From Podarcis filfolensis (lineage: Eukaryota): DNA of 64,000 bases. Shown here in pieces: positions 51,601 to 61,200 of this stretch. The notes below the pieces were generated by a model. It ran no database searches and had not been told where the DNA came from. It saw only the letters and a list, made by a program, of their open reading frames with translations. Made by a program: the position numbers and the translations under genes. The stretch lies in the NCBI GenBank assembly GCA_964270895.1, contig OZ185445.1; one strand, written 5' to 3'. Position 1 is the first letter of the stretch; every line of letters begins with the position of its first letter.

Positions 51601-51789
51601 GCCAGGGCAGCATCCAAATGGCACAAGTCAACAACAACATGGGGCAGAGAGGGAGCCTGCTGCCACTCTCTGCTCCGGCCTGTTCAGACAACACTCGGCT
51701 TCTGGGTGCTCTCTGGAGTGAAATCGGGAGGCCGCCAGGAGCAGCACAGTAGTTCATGGAAGGGTCTCCTCTCCCACACACCCACAATG

Positions 51790-51920
51790 GGTTGGGAAAG
51801 CATCTGGAGAGAGCATTCCACAAATGGGGAGCCACGACAAAAAAGGCCCTTTCTTGTGTTGTCACCCTCCAAACCTTTTGGGGAGAGGGAACATAGAGAA
51901 GGGCCTCAGAAGACCAACTA
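51790..51920 (-). mobile_element. L2-type LINE 3' fragment
   Basis: Minus-frame ...TTQERAFFVVAPHLWNALS.... Confidence 0.55.
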
Positions 51921-51987
51921 CAGGCACAACGGAACAGTGGTGTCAACACAACACTTCCATAAATAATCCTGGTTCTTCTACACAACA

Positions 51988-52118
51988 CAGGTAGCCAAAT
52001 TGGTTCCCCAATATGTCGCTGAGCTCCAACTTCGCCCCAATCCCAGCCCTGTTGGCTGTTGGGGCTGAGGAGAGAGTCTAACAAAATCTGGTGGGGCACA
52101 AGTTCTGCACCCCTCTGC
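51988..52118. mobile_element. Highly degenerate copy of the palindromic MITE family
   Basis: caggtagccaa...ccccaa...ctccaact...ccagcc...caaaatctggtggggcacaagttctgcacccctctg; weak similarity only. Confidence 0.35.
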
Positions 52119-52321
52119 CATGGGGTCAACAAATTAAGCCCACCACAGTCAACTTCAGCAAGTTGTTGGTACCAGAGAGGAACATGCACCGTTTGTGCAG
52201 TTGCCCCAGAATGGTGTCTCCCTTAGACAAGCAAAGCAACCTTCAGACAAAAGTCACGGCAAGGTTTACAAGCGCAGACACAGGTGGAAGGATGGGGGAA
52301 GGGACATTTCGCAGACCCTAC

Positions 52322-52412
52322 CTCTTCAAACTGAAGCCGCACTTTATTAATGGCTCGGATCCAGCGGGCTCTTGCAGCGGGAAGAAGGAGAAGTTCATTT
52401 TCATCAAGGTGA
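52322..52412 (-). CDS. UNC13B: UNC13B ubMunc13-2 exon, 91 nt, phase 2-0, with the Ca2+/calmodulin-binding motif (ARARWIRAINKVRLQFEE)
   Basis: Acceptor gtttttcttttttgcaAG; donor GAG|GTAGGG; WIRAxxKVRLQ is the known Munc13-1/ubMunc13-2 CaM site. Confidence 0.95.
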
Positions 52413-52664
52413 CTTGCAAAAAAGAAAAACAAGGAAAAAATGAGCGCTGGAAATTCAAGAGCGGTCTCATGAAACTCAACACATGAAAAGAACCTTTTAT
52501 TGTAATGGTGGGAACAAACGCTGAGAACAGTTGGCCCCAAGAGAACTGGGATGGCCAGCAAAAGACAGAGAATGGCATGGAAAGAACAGGAAGTGTGGCC
52601 AACAGGGACTGTGGTAGAGAACCCTGTAAGGGATGCACCCCATTAGTCACTAGATGGGTGTAAA

Positions 52665-52697
<33 letters not shown>
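52665..52697. repeat. (ATG)n microsatellite
   Basis: Direct reading. Confidence 0.95.
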
Positions 52698-52699
<2 letters not shown>

Positions 52700-52885
52700 G
52701 AGGAGGATTAATGAAGATTTATTTAATGAAGTTTGTCCCCCCCCTTTCTGACCCTAGACACCAGTGGACTACTCAAAACCAGCTATGGCACTACATCCAT
52801 ATCCTGTTTGTCTCTCCCAAGATCAACCAGAAAAATGGCCTCGGGTTCAACTCCAAGGAATCCATGGCCAACGTGCACCACCTAC

Positions 52886-53182
52886 CTGCCCGGTGTCTTT
52901 GTGGCTTCTTTGGGCTCGTCCACTTCAGGAGGTAGTTGAGGTGTGGCACGCTCTTTCACCTTCCCCTCTCCTTCCCTGTGCACTTCCTGGGGCTCATGCG
53001 GCTCGCTAGATGGTGCAGGGCCCTCTGTCGGGTGAGGAGGCACAGCAGCAGGCACCCCTTCTGCGAGCTCGTCCTCGTGTTCGGAGCAGGGCACACTCCC
53101 GTGATATTGGTCCAGCTCACTCTGCTGAGAGCTTCCCTGACTGATGTTACAGGAGGAACCAAACTTACTACTGCTGGCAGGA
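52886..53182 (-). CDS. UNC13B: UNC13B ubMunc13-2 exon, 297 nt, phase 2-2 (S|PASSSKFGSSCNISQGSSQQSELDQYH...)
   Basis: Acceptor tactaatgtcttgctctctcacAG with a branch-point-like TACTAAT; donor AG|GTAGGT; open frame; homologous to mammalian [28 protein letters not shown]. Confidence 0.93.
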
Positions 53183-54483
53183 CTGTGAGAGAGCAAGACA
53201 TTAGTAAGTCAAAAGGTCTTGGCAACCAAGAAACAGCACAATGCATGCACACAGAGAGAGAGAGCGCAAATCCTAACTACACCAGGCCAAAGCATCAAAT
53301 GGAAACTCTAGCCAAGCAAATGTCTCTTGCACATTGCAGCCACTGTTCTCAGTCGCCCGCCACTTCCAAGTTTGTGTTTGCAATTTTTGTGCTGGGCTTA
53401 AGCCTCTGGACCCTATTGATATATCAATCAGGAACAGATAGCATCATCTGCGGCGCATCCTGTAAATTGTTTGCAGGCCATAGGAAAATTAAGAAAGGCA
53501 GCAAAAGTTTCGTGCACATTGAACCTCTAAGCTGCTAAGCGCAACACCTTCTTACGTTTGCCTCTAGCATGTCAACCGCACTTGCATTCTGGGACATGAG
53601 GGTTTCATCTTCACTCCCATTTCATTAACACATTCTTAAGTTTCTCCAGCGGCTGAGAATGGATCCTGTTGCAGATGCTGTTTAGAAAAATCAGCCCTGT
53701 CTTCCAGCACAACAAGGGCCCATTGCTGTTGCTGCTTGGGAGTGACTGATTATTATAAGGTTGGAGTTACTGCACCAGGGGCTGTTAATTCAACAAGACA
53801 CCCACACACTCTCTCTCCATTGTGGAATTCTAAGAGGGAAGGGCCACAAATGCATCTGGGCCGCTACTGAAGTGCCGCCTGGCTTTTGGCAGCCCACATA
53901 GGCAGAGACATCTGCAAGAGGACCCAAGGCAGCTACACTGTGAAAATCCCATCTATTCCTTGGAAAACAGGCTGGGCAGAAAGGAAAATGCTTGAAGCAG
54001 GATCCCTGCTGGGCCAATTGTCTAGAGATGGCGGGTGAGGAGTGCAGATTTAGCAATGATTTTAGTGACGAGCAGTTCTGTAACTAGGGAGGGGCAGCAA
54101 GAACACCGGCCCAAATCATCCCCTGGAGAGGGGTAAACAGGGAGCAAAAGTCACTAATATACTGATAGCTGTAACATGAAATCACTGCAATTCTCTTCAA
54201 TATGGAATTAAAAAAACATGTTTTTGAGATATGGTAAACCAGAAAACCAGTTATCAGCTTGCTTGCTTGGAGCTCCTCATTGGCTCCAGATGCCTGCAGC
54301 CTAATACAGAAAAGCACATTCAGCTAAAGCCGCTGAATACAGCTGGTAAAAGTAGAGAAAAACTGAATCATGTTAGCTGGGCAGTAACAGCTTCCAAGCA
54401 GCAAGAACTAGATGTTTCTGCATTAGTACCTTTAATAGTCAACGGCCATGTTTAACTCCTCCTGGTGGGAGGGAGGAGGTTTT

Positions 54484-54705
54484 CATCACAGAATCTTAGA
54501 ATGGCAGAGTTGGAAGGGACCCCCAGGGGTCATCCAGTCCAACCCCCTACAATGCAGGAACCACAGCTCAAGAATCCATGACAGATGGCCAGGCAACCTC
54601 TGCTTAGAAACCTCCAAGAAAGGAGAATCCACCAACTCCCCAGGGAGTCTGTTCAACAGCTGCTACTGTCAGAAAGTTTTTCCTGGTGTTTAGTCAGAAC
54701 CCCCT
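54484..54705 (-). mobile_element. CR1 3'-end fragment
   Basis: cacagaatcttagaatggcagagttggaagggaccccc...catccagtccaacccc...gcttagaaacctccaagaaaggagaatccacc...tcagaaagtttttcctggtgtttag. Confidence 0.75.
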
Positions 54706-55211
54706 TCTGGGTGCTAGAAAAGTTATGCTGCAGGTGACTGGACTGCAACCACTTAAACAGCTTTTGCTGCCATCTGGGTCTCTCTCCCACCTTAAAACGT
54801 GAATGCCTTGTATGCTGTCCAACTAAGCTTTCTGCAAACCAAGAGAGCCCCCGATTTCCTCCCTCCCACCATGTCATCTAGAGGTACAGGTTGTTTTCTC
54901 ACGCACACAATTAGGCTACGGAAGGTTAATGAAACTAATACTCAAAGCAGCTCACTCACAAGGACACAGCACAAACGGAGAGCAAAGGGGAAGCGTCATC
55001 GCAGCCTTTTGGAACAAAGGAAACCAGAAGTTGAGAAGGAGAAGGGCAGGAGAGGCTCTGGGTGGGCAGTCTAGCAACTAGCATTCACGACTCTACCTAC
55101 CACTGGGTACTACTAATGCCAAACACAGCCTAGAGGAGTCTGAACTACGAGGTCAGGCATCTACTGTTACGGCACTTGCATTATAAATGGCTCACAAGTC
55201 GGCACCATTTA

Positions 55212-58200
55212 TCATGCTGTTTTGGCTACTGGCCTTTTCTTCCTGAGTGCCTCAGGGCTACTCTGCTCCGCCGGCTGCAGTCCAGTGGCAAGTGTTTCCG
55301 TTTCTGGACAAGGGACACTTTCCTTCTGCTCTACTTCATCCAGAACCTGTGTGGCGCCTTCTGCTGGTTCCTCCAAGGGGAGCCCAGGAGGCTCGCTGGA
55401 AATGGTGCTTGGCTCATCTTCCGTTTCTCTGGAGACCTCAAGCTCCAGCTCTTTGTTGGGCGCAACTGGAATGTCAGGCGTGGGACCATCGAAGCATTCG
55501 TTGCTCTTGCTGTCGGGCTGCTTAGAAGAAAGGTCTGAATCAGCAGCACTGTCAGCTGGCTGGTCAGAGGCAGAGAGGTTTGGGCTCCCATCAGCCCCGG
55601 TCACATCCACTGCTTGTTCCTCGGCTTTCGAGACAGCTTCTGGTGCCTTCAAATCTAGTTTGGATGAAGCAATTGGGGCCACCTCCTGTTTGGAGGAAGC
55701 TTTTGGTGTTGGCACATCTGGTTCCTTCTTGAGACTTGCCTCCTTGGCATCTTTCTGCCACGGAAATGAGAAGTCCAGCTTCTTTCCAAACACAGCACCC
55801 GGCGCGCCCTCTACTTTACCTGCTTTCTCATCACTTCCTCCACCAAACAGACTTGAGGAAAACTTGTTGAAGCTGGACACGAGGCCTGGCTCAGGCACAG
55901 GCTTGCTTGCCGAGGGCGGCTGTGCAGAGAAGAAGGAGCCAAATGGCTTGCTGCTGTCTGCAGAAGACATGAAGCCGAATTTGGGCAAAGTGGGCATGCT
56001 TGGAATTTCAAACATGGGCTTGGTGCTGCTGGCCTCTGTAGGAGCACTGGCTGGCTTGCTCTTACCAGCCAAACTGCTTTTCAAGGGAGCAGCTTCTGGG
56101 GCTGCTTCGCTCACGGTTAGAGGCTCTTTCTGCTCAGGAGGAAGATCAGGTTTTATTTCAGGGACCTTTTCTATATCCTGATGGGGCAAGTCATGGGCCT
56201 CATCTGCAGCAGCTTTGGGTTCCATCTCCAGGGTCTCAAACGTGTCTGGTGGGCAAATATCAACATCTGCCTCATTCTTTATAGTTACTTCTTCAGTGGT
56301 TAGTGAAGTATCCGTCAGTTCTGGCAGTTTCAGGTGTTCATCTTCCTCACCAACCTTGGGTTCCAGCTCATGTGTACTGTCCAAATCCATTTGGCCAACG
56401 TCTGTTTCTCCTGCCAGGCTCACTTGCTCTTCAACAGCAGGGACAGCATCATTTTCTAAGGGCTCCACAGGCACTTCACTCTTCTCCTGCAGCACCACCA
56501 TCTCAACTGCATCATGTACCTCTTGACTACACGGGGCAGCCTTCCCTGCTTCATCAGATGCCAGTAAGTTTGTGTCCAGCTGCACCACTTCAGGGCCCTG
56601 ATCCCTACTTGAGTCTAAAGTTTCTGAAGCATTAAGGGAGGATTCCAGACCATCTTCAGGTCTTCCACTGCTTTCAGCTTCCAATTCTGCCCTACATTCT
56701 TTTCCCAAACTCTCATCTGCTAAAACAGAAGGGGCATCTTGTTTCAAGTCACTGCTAGCTTCTTTCTCTGTAGGTTCAGCCCTAGAGGTTTGGTCCGGTT
56801 GTTTCAAAACACTGCCGGCATTTGTCCCTAAAAGTTCATCCCTAGAGGCTTTATCTTGTTTTGCGAGACCTTTACCAGGAACTGGGCCCACAGCCTCCTT
56901 TGCCCTGGAGCTCATTTCCTGGGGTTTTGAAGTGCCTGCGGTCTTCCCTGCAGGCTTTGAAAGGGTCTCATCTGTTGCTCCTTTAAAAATGCCAAAGAGA
57001 TCACTTGTAAATGCTGGAGGAGGCCCAGTGGGCAGGGAGGAAAGGCCGAAAAACGAAGTGCTCTTCTTTTGGGCACTAGGAGCTGCTGGAGTCTGAGGCT
57101 GGGAAAAGAAGCCAGATAATGTTTTGGTTGGTTTCATCTTCGTCATGAAGCTGGAAAACATTTCAACTGAGGAATCTAGAACTGATTTGTCAGCCTCAGG
57201 TTCTTTAGGTTTCTCCTGCAGGTTAGGTGTTGCTGCTGCCATTTGAGGGAGAGGCCTCTGGCCCTGAGCCTGCTGCTCTCCTGCAGTATTTGGGGTCCTA
57301 TCAGGTTGCTTGGGCTCCGGGGGCTTGACTTCAGGGGCGCTTGGTTTTTCTTCAGGTACAACCTCCTGTGAAAGGTCTCCAGGAGCAGGAGATGGCTCAA
57401 GAGCCACAGAGGTCTCATCACAAACTGGACCGGGCTCTGCCTTTTCAAAAGTCTCGTTCCCAACTAAAGGAACAAATTCCTTCTCAGAGGACATCACAAT
57501 ACCACCATTCTTTTCTGCATTGTCTTGCAGCTGCTCCTCTGGTTGTGGAATCTCCAGAAGGGAAGGTGCAATGTCTTCCTGCAGCGTAGGGACCTGAGAG
57601 CCAGGATCAGGATAGACTGAGTGGTCTTCTCTATCTGCACCATCATCAGGAGGTTTACTGGCCACAAAAGGTATCTCTCCCTCATTTTCCACTTCTGAAG
57701 CACTGGCCGCAGCATGCTCAGCCACGGGAGTTTTTAACTCACTTGCCTTGTGCTCCGGGCCAACAGCCTCTTGCTTTCCAAGTACTGCTTCTATAACACC
57801 CGCAGCTGCCTCTTTATCCTTCAAGCCCTGCTGTCTGGCAAGTCCAATGCCAGAGTCAACAGAAACACACTGCTTCATAGATGGCTTTGCGTCTGCTTGC
57901 CTTTGAGGCGGCCTTCCCAGGTTGCTTGCTTGCTGCTGAGGTGGCTTTGCAATATTCCCCTTGTCAGGAGCAGCTGCCGGTGGTTTGTCATCCAGGAAGG
58001 AGGTCAGGTTGAAAAAGCTGAAGCTGGAGCTGCTCTGAGGCACGTTCTTCTTTGCGGTGGGCCCTCCCGAAAAGAAAGAAGGCATCTTGAACAGACCCTC
58101 TGCTTCCAGGGGCTTGGCATTAGGAGCTGCTGGAGCTGGGGCAGGGGCTTTCTCTGGGGCACCAAAGAAGGAGGAGAAGATGCTCTTGCCAGCCGGCTGT

Positions 58201-61200
58201 GGTGCCTGCGGAGGCTTCGAAGGTGCTGCCTGTGACAAGCCAAAAGGCAGGCTAAACCCAGAATCCCTGGGTGGCTGACTGGCTTTTCCTGGCTGAGTTT
58301 TACCAGGTATGGCTCCTGCATGGCCTTGCGGTCCCGGTGCAACAGCTGGTCCGTGGGCATGCTGCCCTGGAGAGTGATTTGCTTGGTCCATTCGAGGGCC
58401 TGCCTGCATGGGAGGCTTGGGTTCTGCACTCCCTGCGGTGGGGATGTCCTCCTTCTTCACTTGAGCAGCTTCCTTGCCTACTTTCCCATGCTGTTCTTCC
58501 TTAGGGACTGCGGCCTTCTGGGCAGCTTCCCCACGAGCCTGCTCCACGGGGATTTGAGGAGCAGGAGTGCTGCTCTTACTTGGCTCTCTGCTACGCTGGT
58601 CCGCGTTGTCATTCAGTTTCAGGGAGGTGTGGGTTCCACTCTTTGGTGGAGTAGCAGCACTTGGTGGGGCAGGGGCTGCATCGACTTTGAAAAGATCCCC
58701 TATGGAACCAAAGAATGATGAAATGCCTGGGGGCTCCACTTTCTCCTGAGGCATTTTCTTCTCGGCTTCATTTTTCGGCAGATTTGGTTGGGGTGCTGGC
58801 GGTGGCTGTGGGGCTTTGTTGACCTGCGTTTTAAAGAAATCAAAGAAGCCGGGGCCTTGACTTTTATTGGGTGCTGCAGTTGTGGAGGAGTCTTCTCCCA
58901 GGCTAAGAATCTTGAGAGCACTTTTAAACAACGTGCCCTCAGCCTCCGTGGGCGCTTGGCTGGGGGCTGGCTGGGTTTTCTTGGGTTCATCCTCACCCAC
59001 TTTAGGTTTTTGTTGACTTGGGAGGGGAGCAGGCTTAACACTTTTATCCAGCTGACTGGTCTTGCTGTCCAAGGGACCCTGGCTTAGCTGAGAGGAAGAC
59101 CTCACCAGCTGAGGCTTTTTCTGAGAAATCACTGGCTTTTCATCCCTAACAGACTTAACTAATCTGCCTCTCTCTTTTCTCTCTTGTTCATGCTCAGTGT
59201 GCTGCTGGTTTTGCATATCCTCTCCTGTTTTCCTGGGTGGCGAAGCTGGAAGACCATCGTTTTTGTGTCCCAACACCACCGGTTCTCCTTTCTTCACAGC
59301 CGCGTCTTCCACTGTCTCATGAGCTTCCATACCCTTACCCATCAGGCCACCCAAAGCAGAGAATAAAGATGCGACTTTATTCAGAGGTGGCTTTTTATCT
59401 TCTTCAGTGGTTTTGACTTCTGTAACACTCTGAGATGCCGATGAAGGCTCAGGCTTAGCAGAAGACTGGAATATATGGAAACCAAACCGTTTTGACTGTG
59501 CACTTTCGGAAACTGTCACAGCAGGGGTCCTGTCCAGATGTTTGGGTAGAGCATCATCTTTTAGCCTCCCACTGGAAGCCACCCTGGAGTGAACTCTAAG
59601 GTCAAGGGTCAGGGGAGGCTCTTCTGAGTGCCACTCCATGTCATTCTCAGGCCTAAAGTCTACTTTGAGTTTTTGAAGTTTGTACCCTGAAAAGTCTAAA
59701 GGCTGCTCTCTCTGGTAATAAATGGACTCCTCAAACATCTGCGAAAAGGTCTCTAAATTCATGTTCATAAGTTGATCACTTCTCTGCAGAGCTACAGACA
59801 AATCAAGTGGTTTGTTTACAGAGTAATTATCCAATTGCTCCTCTTCAGCAAACCAGAATAACTCGTCTTCATTACTAAGAGGCACTTTGAAACCGCAAAC
59901 GGCAATCATGTCATCTTCCAAGACAGTGTTCTGCAAAATGCTCTGCGGATAATTATAATCCCAGTAGTCTGGGTAGGTGTAAGTGTCAGGAGTGCAAATG
60001 TAGACATACTGCCCAGTGGGGTCGGTGAGCAGAGAATAAACAAACTGACCGTCCCTGTACATGTAATATCCACAATCGCCATCTTCCGATGGCCACCACA
60101 CGCCCTTCTCAAGCAGCATCAGCCAGTCCTGGTACTCCTGGCTATAAGATGAATAGACAAAACTGCCATCCAGGCTCAAGGACTCCTGATCAATTAAGGT
60201 CCACATATTGCCATCACATGCTGACGAATAGCTTAAGTCCATGGGCATCTCTTCCAAAATATAGCTGCAGTCATCAAATGGAGGAAAGTTTCCATTCAGA
60301 GAATGCGTTGTCCACATTTCAGTTTCTTCTAGACCTAAATCTTGTAAGTCTAACTGATCAAACGATTCGTGGGACATGACACTGAAATCCATGCTCAGAG
60401 CATCAAAATTCGCATTTGACCTCCAATCCACGACATTGGCATTGCCATCTTTTTTACACAAGTTCACTACAGCATCACTGGAGTCTGGCCATTCCAGGAA
60501 CTCAGCCAGTGGGACAGAATTCTGCTGCAAGACGTAGTAAACTGGCAAGGAAACCTGGTGGGCGTTAAGAGAAAATGCTCCTGTATCATATTCCCAGTCA
60601 AAGCTAGAGTGGCTCCTTGTTTCCTCAAGAGCAAGATGCTGCTCTGAGTGGCCATACAATTTAGCATTCAGCAAAGAGGAATTGAGAAATTCATTTGACC
60701 TTTCGTTGAGAACTGCTTGATAAATATTGGATTCCGTAGGTTGTCTATAAAGAGTTGGCTGCCCCGATAAGTCTTGTATCTTTGGCTGTGAGCTTAAAGC
60801 ATTCTGAGAGGGGGGGTGCCAAGGGACGGGCCCATGTCCGTTCTCCATTTTGCTCAGTTCTGGGTGAGGCAAATGACCATTCGCCTTTGCCGTCTCGGTC
60901 ACTGCCTCCTCCACTTTTTCTTTTGGCCTCTGCATGAAGTTCTTTATGAAGCTGCCCGTCTCCTGTTTCCCCCCAGTGCTTTCTTGGGGACCGGGAGTCA
61001 CATGTGAGCCAACGGACTTGTCACCAGAACTAGTCTCTTCGCTCCTCTCAAAAAACTTCATTATGCCCAGAGAGCCTGATTTTGACTTATCTGGCATACT
61101 TTCGGTCAGGTTTTCACTTGAAGCAAACCTAAATAATCCAGAAAGTAAGCCAGCTGATCTGCTCTTCTGGCTGTCCGTTTCATTTTTAGCATTCGACTCT

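Noticed and set aside
55222-56181. 319-aa plus-strand ORF, and other long antisense or alternate-frame ORFs over the giant and bMunc13-2 exons
   Set aside because: These are shadows of the long coding frame with biased codon use; they are Ser/Leu-rich with no recognisable domains.
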